A DNA stretch of 64,000 nucleotides, taken from assembly GCA_963796965.1 (NCBI GenBank), contig CAWCNS010000012.1:73923-137922 (forward strand), read 5' to 3'. Shown one piece after another: positions 1-10,501 of this stretch (positions within the stretch are counted from its first letter, which is position 1; every line of letters begins with the position of its first letter). A program made the position numbers and the translations under genes. Below the pieces are notes generated by a model that was not told the DNA's origin, did no database searches, and worked only from the letters and a program-made list of their open reading frames with translations. This DNA is from Calditrichia bacterium (GTDB lineage: Bacteria > Calditrichota > Calditrichia > JAJRVZ01).

Positions 1-627
1 AAGAGTTCCTCGGATTTTATATCTCCGGCCATCCATTAAAAAATTATTCTGCTATAATCAGACTTTATTCTACTGACTGGAAAACAACGAACGGTGAATT
101 GTTTGAAAATAAATCCATGGTTGCAATTTCCGGAATAATAACTGAGATCCGGACACTTCTTGATCGTAATAATAATAAGATGGCCTTTGTTAAAGTAGAA
201 GATTTTGAACAGACATATGAAGCGGTTATTTTTGCTTCGGTTTTTCCTGAATATGAAAGTCTACTCGAGATGGATGCGATGGTGCTTATGAAGGGGAAGA
301 TTAACTCAGAGGCTGATGACCCCTTAAAGAAAATTATCTGTGAAGAAGTATACAGTCTGGAAAAGGTACCTGGTGAATTAACAAAGTCTTTGATGTTGAA
401 AATCGACAAATCTAAAATATCTGAAGAAAAAATTACCTATTTGAAGAATCTTCTCAATGCCCACCGTGGTAAAACACCGATCTATTTTCGTGTTGCTCTG
501 AATGGAAAGGACGAGGTAAACATGGTCTCTACAAAAGCTAAAGATTGCCATGTCTACAACGTTGATAGAAAAATTGATAGGTATTCTGGATCTGGAAAAT
601 ATTAAAATTCAGGTGAAGCCAAATTGA
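1..627 (+). CDS. dnaE: DNA polymerase III alpha subunit, C-terminal part (OB-fold); begins before the window; indel near 535-540
   Basis: KMAFVKVEDFEQTYEAVIFASVF is typical of the DnaE OB domain. The shifted frame continues KLKIAMSTTLIEKLIGILDLENIKIQVKPN to TGA at 625-627, overlapping the dtd start. Confidence 0.85.
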
Positions 628-1064
628 AAGTAGTTGTTCAAAGAGTGAGTTCTGCTTCCGTAAGGATTGATGGTCGGACAGTAGGTGAGATTGGTCAAGG
701 ATTGGTACTTCTGGTTGGGGTTGCGGAGTCGGATTCGAAAACAGAGATAGAATTTGTTGCGAATAAATGCGCTGAATTACGTATATTTCAGGATGATCAG
801 CAAAAGATGAATTTATCGCTCCTTGAAGTTGGAGGTGAAATTCTATCAATTTCCCAATTTACCCTGCTGGGTGATACAAAAAAAGGTCGCAGACCCAGTT
901 TTATAAAGGCTGCAGAACCAGACAAAGCAGATGAATATTATCAATATTTTAATCACTTGCTTACACAAAGAGGAATAAAAGTAGAAAAAGGCATATTTGG
1001 AGCGATGATGGATGTTGAATTAATAAATGATGGCCCCGTAACTTTAATTGTAGAATCCAAGTAA
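624..1064 (+). CDS. dtd: D-aminoacyl-tRNA deacylase
   Basis: MKVVVQRV start, SQFTL, GRRPSF and NDGPVT motifs. Confidence 0.97.
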   Translation: MKVVVQRVSSASVRIDGRTVGEIGQGLVLLVGVAESDSKTEIEFVANKCAELRIFQDDQQKMNLSLLEVGGEILSISQFTLLGDTKKGRRPSFIKAAEPDKADEYYQYFNHLLTQRGIKVEKGIFGAMMDVELINDGPVTLIVESK

Positions 1065-1086
1065 TTCAAAACTTAGTAAATGTATT

Positions 1087-1860
1087 ATGAAAATAGTTGA
1101 TTTAATAAGAGATTTTTGGTGGGCAAAACTAAGTGTCATTTTTTTAGGCCTTGTGCTAGTAGCGTTTCTGGTGGATAAGGTGATTATGCCCTTGTATGTG
1201 GATCTGGGAAATGAGACAGAACTTCCTGATGTAATAGAAATGTCTCTCAGTGAAGCAACAAATTTATTAGAGGAGAAGGGCTTTCAGATTGTGGTGAAAG
1301 ACTCCCTCTTTGATGCCAAACATGATGTAGGCACCGTAATCGAACAAAATCCATATCCCTATGCAACAGTAAAAGAGGGTCGGCGGGTATATTTAACTGT
1401 TTCGATTGGAGAAAAACCGATCATTATGCCAAACTTATTCGGTGTCTCTCCTCGTGAAGCAGAACTTATTCTGGAGACCTTTAGACTAAAGTTGGGTTCT
1501 AAATTCTACGTGCCAAATGAGAGATATTATGAAGGAACCGTAATGAGCCAGTCTTACCCTCAGGGTCAGGAAATAAAATCTGGTTCTAAAATTGATATCA
1601 TCATTAGTCTCGGTCAGATTAGCAAGGATGCTATCGTACCTGATCTGGTAGGTAAAAGTTTGCATGAGGCCCGGGAACGACTAAAGGCTGTCGATCTTGA
1701 AATTGGCGAGATTGTCTGGGAGGAAAGGGATAATATATTACCCGAGACAATCATATCGCAGTCGATACCAGCAGGCCAAACCTTTGTGGAAGAAGAAACC
1801 ATTATACTGGTAGTCAGTAAGGAAATGTCTCCGGAGTCAGAAAAGGCGAAAAATGAATAA
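1087..1860 (+). CDS. Membrane-anchored protein with three PASTA domains
   Basis: N-terminal TM helix, then repeats LPDVIEMSLSEA / MPNLFGVSPREA / VPDLVGKSLHEA; sits directly before rpe. Confidence 0.9.
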   Translation: MKIVDLIRDFWWAKLSVIFLGLVLVAFLVDKVIMPLYVDLGNETELPDVIEMSLSEATNLLEEKGFQIVVKDSLFDAKHDVGTVIEQNPYPYATVKEGRRVYLTVSIGEKPIIMPNLFGVSPREAELILETFRLKLGSKFYVPNERYYEGTVMSQSYPQGQEIKSGSKIDIIISLGQISKDAIVPDLVGKSLHEARERLKAVDLEIGEIVWEERDNILPETIISQSIPAGQTFVEEETIILVVSKEMSPESEKAKNE

Positions 1861-2524
1861 AGTATTTATTGCCCCATCAATTCTGTCAGCTGATTTGTTA
1901 AAACTGGAGGAACAGATAAAGGCTGTTGAAGAGCGGGGTGCCGATTATATCCATGTTGATATTATGGATGGACATTTTGTACCTAATATCACCTTCGGCC
2001 CGGTTATTGTATCTACATTGAAGAGAATAACGGATCTGCCGCTTGATGTTCATTTAATGATTTATAACGTGGATCAATACATCCCTCAGTTTGCAAAAGC
2101 GGGCGCAGATATCATTACTATTCACCAGGAAGCGGGACCACATCTCCATCGAAGTCTGCAGCTTATCAAAAGCATGAATGTCAAAGCAGGGGTATCCTTA
2201 AATCCTGCTACTGATAACTCTTCAATCTCAGCTGTATTAAATGAGGTGGATTTGGTATTGTTAATGACTGTAAATCCAGGGTTTGGTGGGCAAAGTTATA
2301 TTTCGACAGTAACAGAAAAGTTAGAGCGACTCTCCGCTACTAAAAAAGATAAGAACTATTCTTTTCTTATTGAGGTGGATGGTGGCATCAAAGCGGAGAC
2401 AATCCCGGAGGTTGTTAAGGCAGGAGCAGAGGTACTGGTTGCAGGCAATGCCATATTTGCACAATCAGATCCAGGAATAGCCTGTGAAAAATTAAAAAAA
2501 ATGGCTAATGATGCGTTAAAATAA
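1853..2524 (+). CDS. rpe: Ribulose-phosphate 3-epimerase
   Basis: IAPSILSAD, HVDIMDGHFVPN, MTVNPGFGGQ and EVDGGI motifs. Confidence 0.98.
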   Translation: MNKVFIAPSILSADLLKLEEQIKAVEERGADYIHVDIMDGHFVPNITFGPVIVSTLKRITDLPLDVHLMIYNVDQYIPQFAKAGADIITIHQEAGPHLHRSLQLIKSMNVKAGVSLNPATDNSSISAVLNEVDLVLLMTVNPGFGGQSYISTVTEKLERLSATKKDKNYSFLIEVDGGIKAETIPEVVKAGAEVLVAGNAIFAQSDPGIACEKLKKMANDALK

Positions 2525-2569
2525 CCCTATTCTCTCAAAAAGTGATAGGACAATTTTACGTGAATAAAT

Positions 2570-3160
2570 ATGGATTCATCCGATCGGTTAAAAGTTTTAC
2601 CAGAGATAATACGCAAAAGTATTCATCTGGGTTGTAGTATTCTTCCTTTGCTATATTATTTTTATCTTAGCAGGGAACAAATTATAATATTAAGCAGTAT
2701 TATAAGCATTATACTTATAATCTCTGAGTATCTCCGTTACCGCTTCAATGGTACCCGTAAATTATTTCATATGGTTTTCGGATTCCTGCTCAGAGAAGAT
2801 GAAAAAGACAAAACGATTACAGGAGCATCCTACTTATTTATATCTGCTACCGTTACTTTTTTAATATTTGAAAAAAATATTGCCATCCCGGCAGTACTGG
2901 TCTTAACGATTTCAGATTCATTAGCCGCTATTGTAGGGAAAGCAACAGTTTCTCCAAAATTCATTGGAAAATCTGTTGCAGGATCTGTTACATTCTTTTT
3001 TTTTACAGGATGTATACTGATAATTCTTGTTCCGGGTAAGGCAGTCTTCATGGTAACGGTTGCGGCCCTTCTTACTATTCTTGAAGCCCTTCCGTTAAAA
3101 ATCAATGACAATATCTTGATCCCGTTAGCAACAGGGATTATTTTGTATCTGGTAATTTAA
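2570..3160 (+). CDS. CTP-dependent polyprenol (phytol/dolichol) kinase-family membrane protein
   Basis: RKSIH, SDSLAAIVG, KSVAGS and DNILIP motifs; multiple TM segments. Confidence 0.8.
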   Translation: MDSSDRLKVLPEIIRKSIHLGCSILPLLYYFYLSREQIIILSSIISIILIISEYLRYRFNGTRKLFHMVFGFLLREDEKDKTITGASYLFISATVTFLIFEKNIAIPAVLVLTISDSLAAIVGKATVSPKFIGKSVAGSVTFFFFTGCILIILVPGKAVFMVTVAALLTILEALPLKINDNILIPLATGIILYLVI

Positions 3161-3162
3161 TC

Positions 3163-4161
3163 ATGAGTGGAAAAATGGTGAAAATAAAAATTACATTGTT
3201 CCTTCTGGTTGCCTGTTTTACCTCACTTCAAGCGGATGGGTTTAAAAAGTATGCAGGAGAATTTCTGTCTGCCGGCGTTGGTAGTCGTGCACTTGGTATG
3301 GCCGGTGCTTTTGTTGCTGTTGCAAACGATGTAACCGCTGGTTATTGGAACCCAGCCGGTCTGACTGAATCGCGTGGTCTACAGTTTCAGTTTATGCATG
3401 CTAAACAGTTTATGAGTTCAATCCAGTATGATTATTTTGGTAGTTCAAAAAAGTTGAGTGAGAACTCTGCTCTCGGTCTTTCCCTGATCAGGTGGGGGAT
3501 TAATGATATAAAAGATACACGAAATGCACTAAATGGAAGTACCATAAGCGAGGGTCTCGATTATTCAAAAATAACCTCATTCAATATAGCAGATTATGTG
3601 TTTTATGTCAGTTATGCACATATGTATACTGAAAAATTATCTCTTGGTGCCAATGTTAAAATCATTTATCGTGATTATGACTCGGAAACGGCAATGGGAA
3701 TTGGTTTTGATGCAGGATTAAAATACAGGTTAGCGGCAGGTCTCGATTTGGGCTTGATGGTCAGAGATATAACAACAACGATGATGGCCTGGAGCACCAA
3801 CGAAAAAGAATTTGTAGCACCCTCGTTTAGACCGGGAATTTCCTACCGCCTTGATTTTCATAGTATCGATCTGTATTTACAGCCCTCAATGGATCTGGCA
3901 ATTTTGCTTGAATCCAGAGATAATTCTGCCCAGCTTGGCCTGGGTCTTCTGAGTGTAGATTCATTCTGGGGTATGGAAGCTGGATTCAAAGACCTTTTAT
4001 TTCTCCGATTGGGCTATGATGATCTTTCCCGGTTTAACGCTGGTATTGGCGTTGCTATTCAGAAATTTGGTGTAGACTATTCCTATACGAATTTTGATCA
4101 GGTACTTGGCAATGTCCATCGTATTTCTTTCTATCTTAGACTTGGTTCAGACGGCATTTGA
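3163..4161 (+). CDS. PorV/PorQ (UPF0164)-family outer membrane beta-barrel
   Basis: Signal peptide, FLSAGVGSRALGMAGAFVAVANDVTAGYWNPAGL signature, C-terminal DYSY...HRISF. Confidence 0.85.
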   Translation: MSGKMVKIKITLFLLVACFTSLQADGFKKYAGEFLSAGVGSRALGMAGAFVAVANDVTAGYWNPAGLTESRGLQFQFMHAKQFMSSIQYDYFGSSKKLSENSALGLSLIRWGINDIKDTRNALNGSTISEGLDYSKITSFNIADYVFYVSYAHMYTEKLSLGANVKIIYRDYDSETAMGIGFDAGLKYRLAAGLDLGLMVRDITTTMMAWSTNEKEFVAPSFRPGISYRLDFHSIDLYLQPSMDLAILLESRDNSAQLGLGLLSVDSFWGMEAGFKDLLFLRLGYDDLSRFNAGIGVAIQKFGVDYSYTNFDQVLGNVHRISFYLRLGSDGI

Positions 4162-4572
4162 TTAACATTAGAATCACTTCTCAATCCCACAATACGATAT
4201 CATTATATATTCTCATGATCCTGACTATTCTCATCAGATAATTTCGGTATTAAAACAGGAATTGTGCATGGGAACAACAAATTGTCCGGGTCGTTAGTAT
4301 ATATAAGATATTTTTACCAATATCCCTTATTAATATGTGTCAGAATAGGTTTGATAAATAAAATACTTTCATAAATATAGATAATTGTAATTTTTTTTTG
4401 TTGCTGGTAATATTAAATTGGATTGATTCCACAAGATTCTTTAAAATAAGGTCTATAAAGTATAAATCATTGTAATATAATTTGTGAAAGTTATTTCTCC
4501 TACTTCGCTAAATGGTGAGTGGGAGAAATAATGGTTGCCTCTTTGAATGGGGCAGAATAGCAGGAGATAAAA

Positions 4573-6049
4573 ATGGGTAATTTGACACGAAGAAATTTTT
4601 TAAAAAACACAACGATAGACTTCTGTTGCATTAGGCATTGGTACCAAGACTGCCATCTCTGCATGGTCCAGACCACTGGGCGCCAATGATGATATTCGTC
4701 TCGCAATTGTTGGAACGCGGGGGAAAGGTAATGCCCATATACAGGATTTGCTCAAGATCAAGGGAGTGAGGATTGCCGCACTTTGTGATGTGGATCCCCA
4801 GATACTGAGTGAACGTAAAGAAGAGTTGATGGCAAAAAATATATTGGTTAAAACCTATACCGATGTGCGGAAATTACTTGAAGATAAAGAAATTGATGGA
4901 ATTGTTGTAACAACACCTAATCATTTACACGCCCCGATAACCATTTGGGCTTGTCAGGCTGGAAAAGATGTCTATGTGGAAAAACCGGTTTCGCATAATG
5001 TCTGGGAAGGTCAAATGATGATCAAGGCTGCGCATAAGTATAATCGGATTGTGCAGTCAGGGATTCAGGCACGGTCAAACAAGGATATCCCCGCTGTTAT
5101 TGAATATATCAAAGAGGGACATATTGGAAAAATAAAATGGGTTCATGCTTTATGGTACAAGAGAAGGGAAAGTATTGGTCTGAAGAATCCCTGGTATCCT
5201 AAAGATGTAAATTATGATCTATATTGTGGCCCCTCTGCAATGGTCCCCTTGGAAAGAAATAGAATTCATTATGATTGGCATTGGATGTGGGGTACAGGTA
5301 ATGGAGACTTGTGTAATCTTGGCGTTCATATGTTCGATGTCTCACGCTGGATGGCAGGACATGATAAAGCGCCCGATCGTATTCTCAGTCTTGGGGGACG
5401 ATTTTCAGTAAATGATGCTGGCGAGACCCCGAATACACAACTGACACTCTTTGACTATCCTGAGATTCCTATTATTATGGAGAACCGTGGGCTACCAATG
5501 AAACCTGGAGTGAATGCGATGGATCATTTGCGAGGGATTCGTGAAGGAGTGGTCGTTCAATGTGAAAACGGTTATTACGCTGGATATCATGGTGGTTGGA
5601 TCTGGGATAACAATGGCAAAAAAGTAAAACAATTTTCTCAGGGGGGTGCGGAATCGCATATGCCAAATTTTCTGGAATGTATGAGAAATAGAAAATACGA
5701 TAACCTGCGTGCACCAATCGAAATGGGACATCTATCAACATCTGCTTGTCTGATAGGTAATATATCGTATAAAACAGGAAAGCCCGCAGTTATTGACCAG
5801 ATACGGGAAAAACTTAAGAGTCATGAACTGGCATCAGATGCTTTTAATAACATAGTAAAACACCTTAACAATAATAATGTAGATCTGGAAAATACACCAT
5901 TGAATTTAGGTCCGTGGTTAACTTTGGATTCAAAAAATTCAAAAATTGAGGCTGTTAATGGTGTGACCCAGGGGGAAGAACTTGAAAAGGCCAATTTTCA
6001 GATGAAAGATGTTTATCGCCCACCCTATGAAATATCACTTGAGACATAG
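4573..6049 (+). CDS. Tat-exported Gfo/Idh/MocA oxidoreductase (indel near 4617)
   Basis: AGGAGA RBS then ATG 4573 gives MGNLTRRNFLK (twin-arginine motif). The shifted frame gives GANDDIRLAIVG and joins the 4748 ORF, which has TPNHLH and KDVYVEKP. Confidence 0.88.
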
Positions 6050-6076
6050 TAACCGGGAATTGCAGGAGAAGATGCC

Positions 6077-6715
6077 ATGAACAAACTTCACATTCTCATA
6101 TTCTTAATTGCCCCCGTTTTGTTGTTTGCTCAAAGTGCAGCTGATGAGTTAGTAAATATTAAAGAGTTGATTCCGGACATTGTCCTGGATCTTAAGTATA
6201 GCACTATTGATAATTTTACCGGTCAAAAGCTCTACACCACTAATGAATGCTTGATGTCGCATGGTGCAATCAAGCACATTATCCTTGTGCAGGACTCCCT
6301 TAAAAGAATATCCCACCACAATGGAAAATCTTATCCAAAAGGAATTGGAATTAAAGTATGGGATGCCTACCGTCCCAGAGCGGTTCAATATTTAATGTGG
6401 GAGATCTTTCCTAACCCAACTTATGTTGCAAATCCCTCCAGTGGATCCGTTCACAACCGGGGTGGTGCTATCGATCTTACACTCGTTGATTTGAGTACCG
6501 GTGAAGAATTAGAAATGCCGACTGAGTTTGACTATTTTGGTGAAGAGGCCTGGCATGGGTATTCTGATTTACCACCAGATGCTATCGCTAATCGTCAACT
6601 TTTATATGATATGATGACAAATATCGCAGGGTTTGAAATATATTCAAATGAGTGGTGGCATTATACCTGGACTCCTTCAAAAGCTTTTCCCCTACAAGAC
6701 TTCCAGATGAAATAA
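6077..6715 (+). CDS. Exported D-Ala-D-Ala dipeptidase (peptidase M15D, VanX/DdpX-like)
   Basis: WDAYRP, SVHNRGGAIDLT (SxHxxGxAxD) and EWWH motifs; signal peptide. Confidence 0.92.
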   Translation: MNKLHILIFLIAPVLLFAQSAADELVNIKELIPDIVLDLKYSTIDNFTGQKLYTTNECLMSHGAIKHIILVQDSLKRISHHNGKSYPKGIGIKVWDAYRPRAVQYLMWEIFPNPTYVANPSSGSVHNRGGAIDLTLVDLSTGEELEMPTEFDYFGEEAWHGYSDLPPDAIANRQLLYDMMTNIAGFEIYSNEWWHYTWTPSKAFPLQDFQMK

Positions 6716-6725
6716 AGGATTGTAA

Positions 6726-9005
6726 ATGATAAAATTAATTACATTTACCGTTTTTATTCTGTTTGTTTCTATCTGTTTTTCCGGCGAAGAAGCACTGGTC
6801 AATACCTATACGGATTCCACTCAACGTGATCCTCAAATTGCCCGGGATGGAGAGGGGAATTATGCCATCGTCTGGAATTCAAAAGAGCAGGAAGGCCCTA
6901 AATCGCAAGGGGATATTTATTTACAATTATTCACGGCGGCTAATTTGAAGGTAGGGGATGAGCAAAAGGTAAATCTCGTCACCAGGGGGGATCAGGAAAG
7001 ACCGGCAATCGCCATGCATGAAGACGGTACCTTTGTGATTGCCTGGTCATCGTTTACGCATTCCGATTCTGTATATGATATAAAAGCAAGACTTTATAAA
7101 AATAATACACCCATAACCTCTGAATTTATTGTAAATACGACAACCGTTCATTCTCAAACAAATCCAGATGTGGCTGTGGATAGCCAGGGTGGTTTTATTA
7201 TTGTATGGGATTCCTGGTACCAGGATGGAAGTGACCGGGGGATTTTTGCACAGCGTTATGATAAAGATGGTAAAAAGACAGGCTCCGAGTTTCAGGTAAA
7301 TACAACCACTATATATAGCCAAGCCAGACCTGCAGTTGAATTTCTTGTCGATGATCGTGCTCTGGTTACATGGGAATCCTGGAATCAGGATGATGCAAAT
7401 CCTTCAGGTTATGGTGTGTTTGGGCAACTTTTTGATTCTCTCGGTGAAAAAATTGATGATGAATTTCAGGTAAATACGCAGGTTGAGAACTACCAATGGT
7501 TTAGCGCAATTGAAACGTTTTCAGACAGTACATTTATTATTGTCTGGTGTAGTTGGGAACAAGATGGGGATGATGGCGGGATCTATTTACAAAGATTCGA
7601 TAAAGATGCAAAAAAAGTTGGTGGAGAACTAAAAGTCAATCATCAAACAATTTACTATCAATGGCTCCCGAGAATAGTAAATCTTGATGGGAAAAATTTT
7701 GCGGTTATCTGGTCCAGTTGGAAGCAGGATGGTAGCCGCGAAGGTATTGTTGCGAGATTCTTTAACGAAGCGGACAAAACGGCTTCGCTCGAAGTATCGG
7801 TGAATGATTATACGGATAGTTACCAATGGGAACCTGATGTAATAAAAACCGCGGACAATGAATTGTTAGTTGTCTGGTCAAGCTGGGGAGAATTGGGAAA
7901 AGATTATGAAATTAAGGCTAAAAATATATCCGCCCATTATACCCAGGGGATATTAAATCCTTTCTCTTATGAGCATGAGGCGGGAATGAGTACGACCTCA
8001 TTTATAGTACATGTTCTTGATTCTACAGCGCTAACCGGTGACGAGTATGCACTTCATTTTGAATCACTAAATTCGGATACGGCTTTAGTGAATATTAAAA
8101 ATCGCCGAAGCGATATATGGGTTATTGAGGATTTTCGTATACATATAGGAACAGGCTATTCGTTCATTACCCCCGTTTTTGAAGGTGTAAGGGTAGAAAT
8201 TATTCCGGAATTTGAGTTTAGGTTAGATGAAGAGCGTACCACGTTCATTAATAATTCAGGTAGTACCTTACAATTTGAAGTAACTGAGAGTAGTGTGGGT
8301 ACTAAAAATCTTGCACCGATTGATGTCGCCCTGATCTGGGGAAATATGGATAAACTTGAGAATGGCACCTATGTCAGTCCCTTGGATACTGCAATGGGAA
8401 TTGATGGCCTGGTGGATATCGAAGTTCCCTTTTTCGCCTTAAATTTATCAGATGACGCAAAGATGGACCTGTTGGTTGTTGATGAAGATGAAGTTGTTAA
8501 TAATCAATGGGACCCCAAGGAGAGAATTGTACTTTTTACTCCTCCACCATATGGGAAATCAGCCACGGATATGCATGTACAGGTGGCAACAGATTTCTCA
8601 GCCGATAGTTTGATTTTACCCGCTGAAGGTGATTCAAATCTAATATATACTATCAGGCCCCTAAGAAATACAGATGTTTTTACTTTTAGTACAACCGCCT
8701 CGGATATTCTGAGTACTGAAGAAAATATCGGTTTGACTCCGGAACATTTTGAGATTTATCAAAACTACCCAAACCCCTTTAATCCAAACACAAAAGTTGG
8801 CTTTCATATCCCTGAAAGCGGCAAAGTTAATGTGTCTGTTTACAATGTTTTAGGTCAAAAAATAATAACATTGGTAGATGGTATACGCAAGATGGGGTAT
8901 CATTCCGTGGAATTTAACGGAAACGGGCTTGCTACTGGAATGTATTTTTATGTCGTTCGCTTCAATGAGCAGTTTCAGAGTAAAAGAATGCTCCTGGTCA
9001 AGTGA
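6726..9005 (+). CDS. Secreted protein with seven ~55-aa repeats (probable beta-propeller) and a C-terminal T9SS-type/FlgD-like tail
   Basis: Repeats of ExxVN.....Q..P.......F.IVW.SW.QDG; tail QNYPNPFNPNT...YNVLGQKI...LATGMYFY...KRMLLVK. Confidence 0.85.
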   Translation: MIKLITFTVFILFVSICFSGEEALVNTYTDSTQRDPQIARDGEGNYAIVWNSKEQEGPKSQGDIYLQLFTAANLKVGDEQKVNLVTRGDQERPAIAMHEDGTFVIAWSSFTHSDSVYDIKARLYKNNTPITSEFIVNTTTVHSQTNPDVAVDSQGGFIIVWDSWYQDGSDRGIFAQRYDKDGKKTGSEFQVNTTTIYSQARPAVEFLVDDRALVTWESWNQDDANPSGYGVFGQLFDSLGEKIDDEFQVNTQVENYQWFSAIETFSDSTFIIVWCSWEQDGDDGGIYLQRFDKDAKKVGGELKVNHQTIYYQWLPRIVNLDGKNFAVIWSSWKQDGSREGIVARFFNEADKTASLEVSVNDYTDSYQWEPDVIKTADNELLVVWSSWGELGKDYEIKAKNISAHYTQGILNPFSYEHEAGMSTTSFIVHVLDSTALTGDEYALHFESLNSDTALVNIKNRRSDIWVIEDFRIHIGTGYSFITPVFEGVRVEIIPEFEFRLDEERTTFINNSGSTLQFEVTESSVGTKNLAPIDVALIWGNMDKLENGTYVSPLDTAMGIDGLVDIEVPFFALNLSDDAKMDLLVVDEDEVVNNQWDPKERIVLFTPPPYGKSATDMHVQVATDFSADSLILPAEGDSNLIYTIRPLRNTDVFTFSTTASDILSTEENIGLTPEHFEIYQNYPNPFNPNTKVGFHIPESGKVNVSVYNVLGQKIITLVDGIRKMGYHSVEFNGNGLATGMYFYVVRFNEQFQSKRMLLVK

Positions 9006-9148
9006 TAAAAGATACGGGATATTCGATATTGGATCGAAAGAGTTGATGTGTGCCTCGAGATACGCGATCCGGGATTAAAGAAAAAACATTGTTCAAAACT
9101 ATTTGACATAGAACCAGAGTGGACACGCCTTCTTATATTAATAATCAG

Positions 9149-9175
9149 GAGACGTCCACCTGGGACGTCTCTACA
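9149..9175. repeat. REP-like palindrome, GTAGAGACG family
   Basis: GAGACGTCCACCTGGGACGTCTCTACA; related copies at 49035, 51323, 58441, 58549 and 60903. Confidence 0.8.
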
Positions 9176-9223
9176 ACTTTGCTCACTACTCTTTTTTTTA
9201 CTCTTCTCTCTTCTATTTTTATT

Positions 9224-10484
9224 CTATTCCGCCCTCAAATCCTCAATACTATCTTTAGCCTTTTCTGCATATTTTGAATTTGGAAAATTTTTAATCACTT
9301 CCGTATAGGTATCTATTGCTGCCTGCTTATTATTTAATTCATCGGAATACATTTCAGCAGCGTCGTAGAGCCGTTCAGATGCATCCTCACGCTCGGGATA
9401 TTGACTCGAATACAATTTGAGGATCTCAATGGCTTTTTCATAATTCTCAATATTTTTTCGATAAATAGTCTCGATCTCCAATAATGCTTCCGGAGCGTAC
9501 TCATTTTTTGGGTACAATTCGAATATTTGATGATAACTGGCAATCGCCTCTTCGTGTCGCTCTTTGTCTTCCATGATTTCTGCAACTCTCTTTAACGATT
9601 CTACAGCATATTTACTATCTGGATAGGTTTCAACCAATACTCTGTAGTTTGCTACGGCCTCATCAGGATTGTCTAATTTTTTCTCATATAATTCAGCAAG
9701 ATAGAATTGTGCTTCGCCAGCTACAGGTGCCTCTGGATGAGCAGCAATAAGACTGACAAAGGTATCTTTTGCTTTTTGATAGTCCCCTGTCTCTTCATAT
9801 TGTAGGTATCCCGTTTGAAACAATGCCTGGGGTATGAGAATACTTTCAGGCGTGATAAAACGTATGCGGTTGTAGGAAAATATTGCCTGATGCTCCTCTG
9901 ATAATTTTGTATAAATATCACCAATCCAATAATACAACTGATCGACATTTTTTGCTTCCTTGGTATAGCCACGCATATAGGAATTGATCTGTTGTATTAG
10001 CGCCTCATTTAGGCCTTCGATATTGAGCTCATAGAGAAAGACTTAAATATTCATAGGTCGCCGAATTTCGATCTGGAAAAGAAATGGAATGACTAATCAA
10101 TTCATCGATTTGCTTCCTTTTTTCTTTAAAAGTACTCTCATCTTTGTTATGGACAATCTGATTGAGGTTTGAAAGTGCATCATTCCGTCTGTCGCTGCTT
10201 GAATATATAAATTTAAACTGAAGGTATGATAAAAATGCAAGTGAAAATTCTTTTTCTTCTTCATATAGATTCGCCAACATGAAAAGAACTTCGTCAGCAT
10301 TTGGAGAATTTGGAAATTGTTCAAGAAACTGCAAATTCTCTTGAATTAGATAATCCATAACATTAGAATTTCTCATACTATACGCATCCTGCAAATACTT
10401 AAATGATCCCTCTTCAGGAACCTGTGCTAAGATTCCACTAATAAATATCAGACTTCCTATTATACTTAAATAGATTGTTTTCAT
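9224..10484 (-). CDS. Exported tetratricopeptide-repeat protein (BamD/CpoB-like repeats); indel near 10030
   Basis: Signal peptide MKTIYLSIIGSLIFISGILAQ; repeated YP.S.YA.EAL TPR units; two consecutive ORFs (10029-10496, 9224-9976). Confidence 0.8.
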
Positions 10485-10501
10485 GATCCTCTCCAAATTA
10501 T

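Noticed and set aside
6077..6715. Vancomycin resistance gene vanX
   Set aside because: No vanH/vanA/vanRS nearby and the protein has a signal peptide, which fits a housekeeping DdpX-like dipeptidase.
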